A stretch of 64,000 nt of DNA from Camelus dromedarius (lineage: Eukaryota). Under the pieces are notes generated by a model. The model was not told the DNA's origin and made no database searches. It saw nothing but the letters and a program-made list of their open reading frames with translations. The position numbers and the translations under genes were made by a program. Location: the NCBI RefSeq assembly GCF_036321535.1, contig NC_087437.1:70186001-70250000 (forward strand), given 5' to 3'. Within the stretch, counting starts at the first letter, position 1; each line of letters starts with the position of its first letter. This document shows, piece by piece, positions 50,975-63,151 of the stretch.

Positions 50975-52643
50975 GAAAACTGTCTCAGAGAAGCTGGGAC
51001 TTCTGGAATGGCAGAGTGAGAAGCTTCGCAAATCCTCTCCCCAAAAAGAAAAAGAAACAAACAAAATGGACACTTGAAAAAAAAAAAGCCAATTATGAAA
51101 ATCAACCAAAGGCATACAGTTAACCAAGAAACATCTACTGAAGATAAACTACTGAACCTTGGGTAAGAAGAGTAGGAACTTATGGCACTTGAGCATGGCA
51201 CTGCCCCTACACTACCCTCAGGGCAGGTACACCATGAAAATCAGTATCTTTACTACCAAAGTGGACAACTTGATTTGGACAGAGTGGAAAATCCCCACAT
51301 CCAGGGCATTGTCAAAAACAATAGTGAACTTTGTGACAAACAATCAGGAAGGACAATGTCATGGATAGCCTTAAGTTGTGATTAAGGTTAGGGCAAGTAA
51401 TAGACTGGCAAACTAGTCAGAAATTTAATGAGGAGAAATTAAGAATGAGACAGCTTTCCTCATAACTAAACACAAAAACTATCTCAAAATGGATCATAGA
51501 CATAAATACAAGAACCAAAACTATACAACTTCTAGAGAAAACATAATAGAGAATCTTCATGAACTTAGGTTAGGCAAAGAACTCTTAGATGTAACACCAA
51601 GAACATAATTCATAAGAGAAAAAAACTGACAAATTAGATTTTGCAAAAATTTAAATTTTTTGTGCTTCAAAAGATACCATAAAGAAAATAAAGACAAGCC
51701 ACAGACTGGGAGAAAATATCTGCCAATTACATACTTGATAAAGATTTAATCCAGAATATATAAAGAACTCTTGAAATTCAGTAAGAAGAAAACTCAAAAA
51801 AATTGGCAAAGGATTCGAATAGATATTTCATCAAAGATATGGTTAACAAGCACATGAAAAGATGCTTAATTACATTAGCCATTTTAATTAGGAAATATAA
51901 ATTGAAACTGCAATGAACTACCACTTCACACACACTGGAATGGCTATAATAAAAAAGACAAACAATAACAAGGGTTGGCAAAGATATGAAGAAAGTGGAA
52001 CTCTCATATGTTGCCAGTAGGAATGTAAAATGGCTAGTCACTTTGTAAAAGTTTGGCAGTTCTTAATAAGTTACATATGGATTTATCATACAACCCAGCA
52101 AATCTACTCCCAGGTATTTAACCAAGACAAATAAAACAATATATCCAAATAAATACTGTGTGTGGATGTACACAGCAGTTTTATATTTAACAGTCAAAAA
52201 CCTGAAACAAGACAAATGTCCATCAACTGGTGAATGGATTAAAAAAATGTGATATATCCACATAAGGGAAAATTGTTTATTAATAAAAAGAAACAAGCTA
52301 TTGGTACATGCTGCAACACAGAGGAACCACAAAATCATGCAAAGTCAGACACAGTAGATTACATATTGCATGTTCCCATTCATATCAAATGTCCATAAAG
52401 GGCAAATTTTTAGACAGAAAGCAGACTAATTTTTGCCTAGAGCCAGGAATAGGAAAGAAAATTTGCGGCACATGGGGATGGGAGTTGTTCTAGGGGTATG
52501 ACAATGAAATGTTCTAAAACTGGACTGCAGTGATCCATTGCACAACTCCACAAATTTACTAAAAGACACTGAATTGTACACTTAGAATGGGCAGATTTAT
52601 GGTATGGAAATGATACCTCAATAAAGATGTCTTAAAAAAGGAC
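50975..52643 (+). mobile_element. L1MB-like element: 5'UTR-like segment joined to ORF2 end and 3'UTR
   Basis: gacttctggaatggcagagtgag...; then tcaaaatggatcatagac...aagacaagccacagactgggagaaaat...aaatgttctaaaactggac...tacctcaataaag. Confidence 0.85.
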
Positions 52644-53269
52644 AAAGTCTGTGTATGGTTCAAGTCTCTTTTTCTGTGTCAAGATGACCAGTTACATTTC
52701 AGATAAAGGAGTTTAAACAGCTGGGTCCCAAAATGAGACACAATGGGAGGAGAGTTGCAGGCAAGCCATAGTGTATATGAACCAGAAAACGATCTTTGTT
52801 GTTGTAAACCATTGAGATTTAGGCATCATTTTTTACCTCAGCATAGCAGAGCCAATCCTGACTGACACATTCATCTTTCTAAGAAATGAAATGTTTTATG
52901 ACATATTTATGCTAAATTTGTTAATGAAGAATTTCCATTTAAGGAGTAAAATTATTACTAAATGTGTTTTCAGTGGTTTCATAACAACTATGATTTTTAA
53001 AATTAAAACTACAAAACTTTCTATAACAATTTAGTGTTTTATGCAACTCTAAATCATATGACTAAATTATTTAAACATAGCAGTTTACTTAGTGATGGGA
53101 GTATCCTGATGAGCAAGACAGACATGGCCTCTACCTTCACAAAGCTTATAGTTTAAAAAAAATTGTTATCTGTATGCTTTGTGTAATCTATTAAAATGGG
53201 TTACAATTTTATTTTCATATTCAATGTCAGTTTTTTTAAAAAAATAAAGAAATTAGATGATTGTCCTTT

Positions 53270-53472
53270 CAGGCTAAACTTCCGTAACCATCACTTTTGA
53301 CTTAATCAGATAATTTTTAAAGTGCATTATTTTAATTTGTAGTCATTTTTAATTTCTACCAGCAGGTGGAACCCTTTAGATTTATTTTGCCTCTTTAACA
53401 CAGCAATATATATGCCTTTGTGATTTTTTTTAGTTTTTAAGAATTATTTTTTCTTTGATTTAATATTTATTT
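53270..53472 (-). pseudogene. Candidate pseudo-exon
   Basis: Acceptor aacttctgttctag; KGIYIAVLKRQNKSKGFHLLVEIKNDYKLK. Confidence 0.25.
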
Positions 53473-53692
53473 CTAGAACAGAAGTTAATGACAGTGGTCA
53501 AGAATAATCATTTCACATTCAAAAAAGCTCTATATTAATGAATCCACATCAGCACATTCAATTAAATTTATAAGTTCATAGATACTTTGTCATAAAACAC
53601 CTGTAATGGAGTAAATGCTTAAGAAAGACTCTACTTCCAATGGAGAAAAAATATTTATGAGCTAAAATTCAAGAGGTTTCTATCCTCTAAAT

Positions 53693-53873
53693 CAGCGGTT
53701 GACAAACTTTCCGTAAAGGATAAGATAGTAAATATTTTAGGCTTTGTGGGCCTTAAGGTCTCTGTTGAAACTACTCAAGCCTGCTACAGCCAGTGAGCAA
53801 GGCTGTCTTCCAATAATGTTATATACAGTAGGTGGGCAGATTTGGCCTCTGGGCCACAGTTTGCCCACCCCTG
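53693..53873. mobile_element. MER58A hAT-Charlie MITE
   Basis: cagcggttgacaaact...gatagtaaatattttaggctttgtgggcc...tttgcccacccctg. Confidence 0.9.
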
Positions 53874-53881
53874 ATTCAGAC

Positions 53882-54070
53882 CAGTGGCTCTCACACTTGG
53901 GCATCAGAATCACCTGCAAGGCTTGTTAAAGCACAGACTGCTAGGCCTCAGCTCTAGAGTTTCTGATTAGGCAGGTCTCTGGAGGGGCTCAAGAATCTCT
54001 GTTTCTAACAAGTTTCCTGGTGATGCTGATGCTGCTAGTTCAGAACCACACTTTACTCAAGAACCCCTAC
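53882..54070. mobile_element. MER5A hAT-Charlie MITE
   Basis: gcatcagaatcacctg...tttctaacaagtttcctggtgatgctgatgctgct. Confidence 0.9.
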
Positions 54071-54639
54071 TAAAAGCTGTATTTCACCATTTCTGCTGCC
54101 TTGCTTTTGTAACATTTAAAAAGAGCTAAAATAGACTTTTCCTTAACATGAGCATTACAAGATTTCCTGGAGAAATCATTTGGCAGGGAAAAAACTTGGG
54201 TGGGCAGTAAGACTGTATTGTGACTTATCTGGTTCAGTTATCATCATCTATTACAGTGATGTGATATTTTGTACTTGAGGATGATGTTATAGAAAATATA
54301 TCCTGCAGAGGATTATGGGCTGAAAATGTGCTGATATTAGTTTGAGAAGGTGGGAAAAGAAGCACCCTTTACTCAGAGGCAAACACTTCTTTCATCTTGA
54401 CATAATTCTTGTATTTCTAATGCATATTTTTACACAATTAAGGTCATACTACAAATTTTGTAATATGTTTTTTTAAGCTCAGCGATCAGAATCATATCCC
54501 TATCATATTAGAAAAGTATCTGTTTACCCCCCATCTCCTGCATCAACCCCTTGTCTCATTCATGCTATCTCTTTCCCCAAGTCCCCCATAGAGTCACATG
54601 CACAAAAAAAATACAATTGCAAGACATCTGTATGCATCT

Positions 54640-55315
54640 CTGTGAATGTGCAGAGCAAAAGCCCTACCCAAGACCAAACCACAGCAGGGTGTGACATTCC
54701 AAAGAATGGTCAAGGGACAGAGCTCACCAGCTTGCGGCAGCTTGTCCCTTATACACAGCACAGCTTGAGTCAAACTAGGGTGGCTGGGTAGAAGCAAAAA
54801 AGCACAGGGAAAAGGTTGCTTGAGCTTCTACAAGAAGCCACAGATAAACTTCCATGGCTATGGTAGCCCCTGCCTAAGGAAATATTCCCTGAAGACTGAG
54901 TGGAGAAGAGATAAGCTATATAAGTTTCTGCTCTGTTTGGCTTTGAAAATAGTTTTCAACAAGTTTTTGGAGAACATCTGAAGGAATCTTATCATCAGGA
55001 AAAATAAAAACTCTGAAGTATTCTGTGCTGATAGGCAACTAAAGCTCAGATGAGAAGAAAGCTATTCCTGAAGATGCCAGAACTGATAGATGATAACCTA
55101 TGCCAAATTCTCCCTCTATTCCCACTTGGCATCTTATAAGTCCCATGGACGTTGGACTCAACACTGGAAGATCAGAGGTGTAACCCCAAAGTGACTGAGT
55201 TTCCACCACTCAGCAGAATAAGGTCTCAAAGTTGAAATTAAGTTCAGTCGAAAAATAAGAGATGAAAGTTATATTTACTGCAAGCTGGTTGTGTGGACTG
55301 AGACTCAAACCTGAA
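54640..55315 (+). mobile_element. Possible ancient LTR fragment (family uncertain)
   Basis: gaaattaagtt...aaaaataag...ttgtgtggactgagactca resembles ends of old ERVL/Gypsy-like LTRs. Confidence 0.3.
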
Positions 55316-55431
55316 CACCTGTCATTTTCTTATATTCTGCTACCAGGTATGGCACCAATCATACAACTTCTACTCTGCATGAAAAGGGTATTCAGAATTG
55401 ATGATGGATAAAATTGAGGTTAAAAACATAC

Positions 55432-55731
55432 CTACACAGTATGAATGTTTTCAAATAACTGGCTTATTGGTGAAAATAATATGGTAACATGTGTTAGTTG
55501 AGTTGATGGTTAAAGGAAGCCCAAATAGTTGATCCACAAGCTCTCTATAATCATATCCTTGACAGCTTGACCAAATTTATATAAAAAAATAGCAGCAGAC
55601 CCAAGTTTTTGTATTTATATTTCTTGCTTGAACTTCGTGATGAAAAACATAAAACTGTTCTGAGTTATTTTAACATTAAACACATTCATCCTTGGAATTG
55701 GAAAATGCTAATGCTTTCCTATGCCCATATG
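55432..55731 (-). pseudogene. 300-nt symmetric pseudo-exon
   Basis: Acceptor tttactttaattttattcag, donor TAG|GTATGT, phase 1-1. YGHRKALAFSNSKDECV*C*NNSEQFYVFHHEVQ...YDYRELVDQLF (4 stops in 99 codons). Confidence 0.55.
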
Positions 55732-56339
55732 CTGAATAAAATTAAAGTAAACAGAGCTAGCATATTTTGAGAATTGCTACTATAGTCATCAAACCAATTA
55801 AAAACTCATTTCAAGGTGGTTATTATAGTAGTATTTGTTGTTATTTATATGTCTGAAGAGACATTTCTATAGTGGTATACTGTCCTACATATAAAAGCAA
55901 CATAAAAAGGAGCAAGAAACATTATCTGTTTCATAAATGCCAAAATTGGTTCTTAAAGCCTAAAATTTTCAGAATCAACATCTTAAGAATGAAGACCTTT
56001 CTGCACTATCATAAGTTTAACATTTTCAAATAAAATTACTTGTGTGGTCAGTAGAATACACAAAGAATTTGATGTTTGACTGACTCATACCGATATGAGT
56101 CTTCATGTATTTGACCAGATTGCCATAGCCTACTCATAAATTAAAAGGTTTTTAAAGAATTAATAGTAGAGTTTGTCCTGGACTATATCATAGTTTACTG
56201 TTTCTAATATATTTACCAATTTAGAAAGAGAAAAAATTAAGTTCTCTTATAACAAACTTACCTCTAGTGCCTGTGATGCCCACAACCATATGCTCGTTAA
56301 AGCTACTACATCTACAGACTTATTTTAAAGAAATCTGAC

Positions 56340-56758
56340 TGTGTCAGCTCTAGCTGAATGAAAAAGAACCTCTAAATCTCAGTAGCATTTATTTGGCTCA
56401 TGCATCAGTGGGTTGACTAGAAGTTGGCTGATGGGAGTGACCCATTTGGGGCACTTATGCTCTGCATGTCTCTCATTCTTTTCCTGGGTCCAGCAAGCTG
56501 GCCAGGCCTGTTCTTCTGCCGCAATGGTGTAAGGGCACAAAGATAGGAAAAACATGCAATTCCTCTTGACCTAGGTTCAGACTGGCATACTGCCATTTCT
56601 GCCTCATTCTACTGGCTAAAATAATGTACATGGCCAAGCCCAAAATCAAACAATGAGAAAACATTCTGTCTCTTCAGCAGGAAGAATGTGAAGTCTCATG
56701 GCAAACAGCAGATATAGGGACCCATAAAGAACTGGAGTCATTAATGCAATTTACCACA
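56340..56758 (-). mobile_element. MLT1H-like MaLR LTR
   Basis: actggcatactgccatttctgcctcattctactggctaaa...catggccaagccc...aatgcaatttaccaca. Confidence 0.8.
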
Positions 56759-57072
56759 CAACTACAAACTTTTCCTTAGCCACAAATTACCTTGCTGTGA
56801 ACCCCAGGAACTCACTATCTTTACATCACTTAGAAATTAGCATCTGAGCCAAGAGCAACCATCTATTGTGTCTATCAACTTATGAGATAGCCTAAAATAA
56901 GAGTTCTAACCAATAAGAAAACTTTGTGGGATGGTAACTAGCTGATTCAATAAGATATTTTCTTGGGGGAAGTTTAAAACATACACAGAGGGACATGAAC
57001 AACTGAACAGAGCAGAAATTGAGTGATACAGAGAGTGAAGGAAATGAGTGGAAGGCATCAGGCTTTGAAGGC

Positions 57073-57536
57073 TGTGGTAGGTTGAATAGTGGCCCCCAAA
57101 GATATCCACATCCCAATCCCTGGAAACGAAGAATACCTTATATGGCAAAAGGGACTTTACAGATGTGATTAAGTTAAGGATTTTGAGATGGGAAGGTTAC
57201 CCTGGATTATCCAGGTGGAACTGATGCTATCATAATGGTCCTTACAAAGAAGGATTCAGAAGTCAGAGTCAGACAGAAGGCAATGTAATGACAGAAGCAG
57301 AGATCTGAGTGATGTGCTTTGAGGGTGGAAGAAATACAGGCAGCCACTAGAAGCTGAAAAGGCTTGGAAATGGATTCTTCCCTCGGAGCCTCGCAAAGGA
57401 GCCGGCCAATACCTCGATTTTAGCCCACTAAGACTGATTCTGGACTTCTGACTTTCAGAACTGTAAAAGAATAAATTTGTTTTAGGCCACTAAGTTTGTG
57501 CTAACTTTGTTACAGTAGCAATAGGAAATTAATACA
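57073..57536 (+). mobile_element. MLT1D MaLR solo LTR
   Basis: tgtggtaggttgaatagtggcccccaaagat...gatgtgattaagttaaggattttgagatggg...gcaataggaaattaataca. Confidence 0.92.
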
Positions 57537-57897
57537 GAAGCTGTTGAGTAAAAGGAAGCAAGTAGCAGAAAAGAATATAGACAAGGAGAATCCATTAATT
57601 AGCACCAGTAGTCACCATGGAAATAGCAATAGCTGAGACAGGGAGTAGTTGAGTCCCCTCTATAGAACACTGGAGTTGCAAGCAATAGACTTCTGCTTCT
57701 ACTAGAAGTACTCTGGACTCTGATGGATCTCCCAGTTCTCAAGGTCTCTCTCTTTAGCCACAGATACTACCTCCACTTCTAATATTTCTATGTTCCCTAT
57801 GTATACTTAAACACTAATTAACTGAGGTAAACTAAATGAGTCACTGTTTATTATAACTCAGAAAGGTCTAACTTACATTATAATGACTAGATCACAT

Positions 57898-58112
57898 CAA
57901 GGATCCTCAACAGTGACATTATCGACACTTGGGGCCAGGTGATTATATGTTGTGGGGGCTGTCCTGTGTATCGTAGGATGTTCTGCAGCATCCTGGCCTC
58001 TACTCACTAGATGCTAGTAGCATTCCCCTCTCTAGTGTGACAACCAAAAACGTCTCCAAACACTACCAAATGTCCCCCAGGGGTCAAAATCACTCCTGGT
58101 TGAGAACCACTG
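57898..58112. mobile_element. MER20 hAT-Charlie MITE
   Basis: gggggctgtcctgtgtatcgtaggatgtt...gtgacaaccaaaaacgtctcca...ggttgagaaccactg. Confidence 0.92.
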
Positions 58113-58227
58113 AACATAATTAACCTCAGCACTCATATATGTTCTTTATTAATGGTAGCTATTATTATCAGGATCTTGATGTACTTTTTTTTTCTGACTA
58201 ACATTTCAAAATTCTGAGAATGTAAGA

Positions 58228-58680
58228 CAAGACTAGTTATCTAATGCTCCCTAGCTGTGCGACACTGGGGGAGGTATTTTTTAAATCTTTCTATGGCTCA
58301 GTTTTCTTATCTGTAAAATAGCAATGAAGAAAATAGTACCTACCTTATGAGATTGTTGTGAGAGTTGTATTACATACATATTATATGCTTAAACAGGGGG
58401 TCAGCAAACTTTCTGCAAAGGGTCAGATAGTAAATACTTTAGGCTTTGTGGATCATAGGATCCCTCTTGCAACTTCTCAGCTCTGTTGCTGTAGGGCAAA
58501 AGCAGCCATAATATATAAACAAATAGAAGTAGCTATTTTCCAAAAAACCTGTATTTATAAAAACATGTAGCCAGCTGGATCTGACCTGGGCCATAATATT
58601 TTGCCCAGCATTGGCTTAGAAGGTGTCTGGCACATAGTAAGTATTCAGTGAGTGTTGACTATTTTTATCATTATTATTCT
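58228..58680 (+). mobile_element. MIR SINE split by MER58A
   Basis: ctcagttttcttatctgtaaaat...gcttaaa [MER58A] gcttagaaggtgtctggcacatagtaag. Confidence 0.8.
58394..58613. mobile_element. MER58A hAT-Charlie MITE
   Basis: cagggggtcagcaaactttctgcaaagggtcagatagtaaatactttaggc; flanked by GCTTAAA/GCTTAGA. Confidence 0.9.
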
Positions 58681-59108
58681 TATGTGATCTCAAAACAGAT
58701 ATGAGAAGGGAGACCCACAGCTGAAGAATAAAAGGTTCCCATGGGGCTTTAATGTTTGGTTTTAGTTACTTTCCTCTATAAGAGACGATAGTTTTTTTTT
58801 TTTCCTGACAAGCCATAAGGACCAACAAAGAATGGGAATATATACATATATCAGGTCCCTACTCTCTTACTAGAAGTCATGCCTCCCTTGAAGATATACC
58901 AAGAATGGTACAGAATGTTGCCCAATTTCCAGTATATACCAGAGGTCACTGAAAGTTTCCTTGAACGAGCAAGTATATTCTTTACGGTGCTTGGGGGATT
59001 CTACAATTCTACAATCCTCACAAATGTGGAGGACCAACCAGAATTACAGTCTAGGCTCCATTACAAACTTTCTTCAGTATTAAATTCTAGAGACCTGGAG
59101 TTACTCAC

Positions 59109-59279
59109 ATTAGCAGTTCAGATTCTGAAGGAAGGAAAATTGAAATTAAGCCCCATATGAGAAGGGAGGTTGATATTTCCTTGGTGTGAAAAAAGACCAT
59201 TGAAATGAACACTATTTGTTGCATCTGCTCAGCATCCGTTTTGCAAATAACTGCCCTCCTCAACCTCATCAACTGTAAG
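59109..59279 (-). pseudogene. 171-nt symmetric candidate exon
   Basis: Acceptor tgtctctcctcaag, donor AAT|GTGAGT. Open in phase 2 (LQLMRLRRAVICKTDAEQMQQIVF...SESELL). Confidence 0.35.
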
Positions 59280-60509
59280 CTTGAGGAGAGACATGCCTCA
59301 TTTCTAAAATGTGACCTATCTCCTGGCCACAATAGATTTGTTCTGGGGTGGACACAAATCAATTCTTGTCCTGAAAATTTTGCATCAGGGATATAAATAG
59401 AATAGTTTCTATATAGGTGCTTAGACTAAACTTATAGGCAAATACAAACCTGCTGGCAAATATGGTTTCTAAAAGAGGATAGGAAAGCAAAGGACACTGA
59501 TCTGTGCCTTTCCTGGAGTGGTAAGAAACTGTACTTTCTAACTGTTTGTCTCTGCTAGGAATTATCCCCTTTCTTCCCTTCTTAGTTCATGTGAAGATGG
59601 CAATAAAGTCAGCATATGCTTATCTCAACTTTGAGATCACATCTCTGCATAAAGACCCACTCAACTAGTAGGGGAAAAAAAAATGCTCACTACTCCTGGC
59701 TTCACCTCCACAACTAGAAAATTAGTCCTTAATCTGACTAATTAAATGCTGTAAGTGTTTTTTGGGCTTACAGTCAAATTTTTAAAAGTTGTATTAACGA
59801 TGTGTCCCAGTTACTCTGAGTTTTGTACCTATTATGCAGGCAGCACAACACTTCTATATTAGAATCCCTCCCTTCCTACTGTCTACAACTAGATCCTTGC
59901 TCAACATTCAGGACACAGTTCAAATCCCTCTTTGCCATGAAGTCCCATTAGACTGACAATTCCATATTAAGTACTTCCTTCTTTGATCTCCCAGAGAATT
60001 TACTACCAATACACTTGCTGCTGTTTTCATGTTGGTTACAGTGCCCCTTGCCACACACTCACAAGGCCAGGTGGAAGAGGCAGCCCAGGGAAGCAGTTTC
60101 ATCACAAATCACTCTTCCTCCCCAACACCCACAGTTTATCTACCCACTGGCCATTGCTGGGCAAAAAAACTCAGGCTAAATGAGGTTTGAATAATTAGCA
60201 AACAGATTCTGTCTCATGAATTTGAACTTGAATTCTGGAAGACAGAGGGTAGAGAGGAAGACAGAGAAAAAAATACACCCAACAGTCACATCACACTAAT
60301 GGTAAAACATTTGTGCACGACACTGCAACAGCTGCTTGAATCGAGGACAGGTCTCCAGTACTTATCTTCCTATGTTGACACTGCATGGATTTTTATCCTG
60401 GAGCTTCATGAAATCTAATCTTTCTTGTTAGCACATAAATTCTAATGAAAATCCCCAGTGAGTCTCTATGAAAATAACTTGACTAGAACATTATCCATTT
60501 ATTATATGC

Positions 60510-60650
60510 TCTCTTGTGTCTTTTGCTAAAAGGTACGCGTCTGTCCTACTGAGACCATCGGCTCTTTGAAGGCAGACGTATCATGTATTTTCCCAAAGGA
60601 GCTAGCACAATGTTCCCACACACTGGGATCCCCAGGTAGAACATATTAAA
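60510..60650 (+). mobile_element. L2 3' end
   Basis: gctctttgaaggcagac...gctagcacaatg. Confidence 0.5.
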
Positions 60651-60654
60651 TTGG

Positions 60655-60947
60655 AGTGACATCCAATTCCAATATTCTTTCAAAACTAATTTTAAAATGA
60701 TCCCAAATGTATTTATTATATGCTATTTTCAATGACAGTTGAATTCTTTCTTTCAGATGTAGGATGTCCTATAAGACTTCTTCCCAGACAGCAGAAAGAA
60801 CAGAACCCTTTATCTAATTCATTATCTTCTCCTGCATTTAATTTACCTCCACTGGAGATAGAGACTCAACCAGTAACCTTCTTAAACTACTACTGTGTAT
60901 TCATAGCACCAAATGCCTGCTGGTAAAACTTTTCATCTCTCAGTTCT
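60655..60947 (-). pseudogene. Pseudo-exon, spectrin-repeat-like
   Basis: Acceptor tttttatttgtgtag. ELRDEKFYQQAFGAMNTQ**F, then LSAVWEEVL*DILHLKERIQLSLKIAY after a frameshift. Confidence 0.55.
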
Positions 60948-61273
60948 CTACACAAATAAAAATCATACTGATGAAAAAACACTATGGAGTGGCAGAGTGA
61001 GAAATGAAGGTGGGCCAGAAAATATCAGCCGTATGTACTGTCAGCTGTTCGACGGCCCCACCACGAGCCACAGCCACCTTGGGCCACAGAAGCAGGGGAG
61101 GTGGGGTATCTCTCAGCCTTCATCTCTACACTACATTCTGACAGCCCACTAGAGGCTCATTATATATAAGTACACAGAGTAACTCTACAAGGCTTAAGTT
61201 TTTCTCATCTGTGATGTTTTGACATTTCAAACTATTAATCTTTAATAGACAAGATATATCAAAGGTAGGTTAC

Positions 61274-61472
61274 CGTGGAAGTATTTCATTTAGCAATATT
61301 CTTATATTACATCTCATAACTTTGATCCTTCCTTGGAAGTCTATACTTGAATCTGAAACTTCAACAAAATTTTAAAGCTTCAACTTTAAAAATACCCAAT
61401 AAAGATGCAAGAATGGCAATAATATTTTTAAAAAATGTATTCAGGATCAAATTACTGGTACTATGTATTTTT
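61274..61472 (-). pseudogene. Pseudo-exon
   Basis: Acceptor tttttttctttttcttaattag, donor ACG|GTAACC. KIHSTSNLILNTFFKNIIAILASLLG, then FVEVSDSSIDFQGRIKVMRCNIRILLNEILP. Confidence 0.55.
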
Positions 61473-61607
61473 CTAATTAAGAAAAAGAAAAAAACTTGCA
61501 TAAATATTCTTCCTAATGCCAAAGATTAAACTGTGTGTGCTTTCATTGGAATTAAGTTCCTATATCGGCCACCAACGCATTTCTTTGAAAACCATGGTAA
61601 TTCTTAC

Positions 61608-61790
61608 ATTTTATAAAATGACTGGGAGAAATTGTCTTCTTCTATCAATTTCTCGTAAAACATGATTTATTCCCTTGCAGTCTTCGTTTCCAGAAAAGCA
61701 GATATTGCTTCTTTCTACGTAAGAAATGCTACTGCTATAAATCTCAATTTTTTCCTCCCGTTGGAAAACGTTATCTAATCTTTTCATATT
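61608..61790 (-). pseudogene. 183-nt pseudo-exon
   Basis: Acceptor tttttatttag, donor AAT|GTAAGA. NMKRLDNVFQREEK, and in a second frame FYEKLIEEDNFSQSFYK. Confidence 0.6.
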
Positions 61791-61914
61791 CTAAATAAAA
61801 ATTCAGCTGTTAGTGCTCAAGGATTCTAAAATGTAATTTTTCTAGTTTGTGTGTCCATGGCAGTAGACAAGACTACTTTCCATCCAGAATATAAAATAGA
61901 ACAATTAGAGATGT

Positions 61915-62800
61915 GATAGTACACAGGTATTGTTTGGCCTGCTCCCAAAATTCCTCTCTGCCTAATGGAGACCCACTCATTTTTCACCTTTAGTCTTGGG
62001 GGTACCTAGATGAGTATGAGGCTTATGTCAGCCAAAGGCACTTTCCCAATGGGAAACTTCCCAGGATTTCTGCTGGTTGTGAGTACTGCTTTTTCCAGTA
62101 TCCATCTCATTTGTCACCCATTATGTAACAGGCATTTGGTTTATGTTGGACTGATACAACCCCAGGAGTAGGTCCTGATTAGTATAAGCCAACCAGGAGA
62201 GTTTCTAAATCTCTTGGTCTAGACATTGGTTCCATAATGAGTGATGACTTTAGTTGGTCCTCACAGAATAAAATTTAGAACTTCTGTCCAAACTAGACAT
62301 TGGTTCCATAATGAGTGATGACTTTAGTTGGTCCTCACAGAATAAAATTCAGAACTTCTATCCAAAAATTGAGGGAAGGATTTGTTCTCTTACTCTGATG
62401 ATGCATCTGTGAGGCCTAGGACCACTGTAACTAGAGCTGACACATAAAGACGGGCTAAGAGAATCCCAGAGAGTTTGATCAAACTACATCCAAAACTGCA
62501 CTACATCTGAACGTCTATCTGTTATGTGAGCCAGTATACTTATTATTTAAACCAGTGTGTGCTGAAGATCACGTATGCCTAAAGTTCTCATTGTTATCTT
62601 TGCCATTATATGGAGATAGCCTACCAGAGAATAAAGCCAAAGTGAAGAAAAACAAAGCCAGGAAACAGCAGGAGAAACTGATTGCTGGCAAGTGCAAAGA
62701 GGTACCTTCTGCATATGTAAGCTAATATAGTATACTTTCTTATTTAAATTAATTTGAGTTGGGTTTCTGCTACTTGCAAATGCAAACTTGTGACTAATTC
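61915..62800 (+). mobile_element. Old MLT1 (K/N-like) LTR fragments
   Basis: gttatgtgagccagtat...ttatttaaaccagt; tttgagttgggtttctgctacttgcaa. Confidence 0.55.
62219..62366. repeat. 74-bp tandem duplication (72/74 identical)
   Basis: Units 62219-62292 and 62293-62366, both starting ctagacattggttccataatgagtgatgac. Confidence 0.95.
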
Positions 62801-63151
62801 AGCAGTGTTTCTGTTCTGTATAATTTAGTGCCTCCAAAACTGGATTATTTCTCCAATGATATGGCCATCATAAGAATCGGATTTGGAAACAAAACAAAAC
62901 AGAAATAAAGCAAATATCATGATCGTTCAGAAGTAAGTTGAATATAACACAGCCATTGATCAGAAAATCTTAATTTTACTATTCAGGCAAAATAACCAAT
63001 TTGTTGCCTTAAAAAATTGTAATGATTGAAAATTACCAAAAAAAAAAAAAGTTCAAAAAGCATTTCAATATATTTAATTTCATCATCCTCTCAAAACTGG
63101 TTAGGTGCCCATTCTATATGCCCCCACTGGATGATTATTATCTAATCTTAC

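Larger units (their letters stand above)
50153..52868 (+). mobile_element. MLT1I/L-like LTR in three pieces (50153-50197, about 50840-50972, about 52644-52868)
   Basis: Start tgtggtagattac; middle cacgtgacttcttttgg; end ttgttgtaaaccattgagattt...atcctgactgacaca. Confidence 0.55.

Noticed and set aside
59109..59124. 16-nt microexon (ccttccttcag...gtgagt, minus strand)
   Set aside because: It is not frame-preserving; the donor fits a 171-nt exon better.
62219..62366. CRISPR-like array or tandem C/D snoRNAs (GTGATGA present)
   Set aside because: There are only two abutting copies with no spacers, no box D CTGA in the unit, and the site is inside an LTR.
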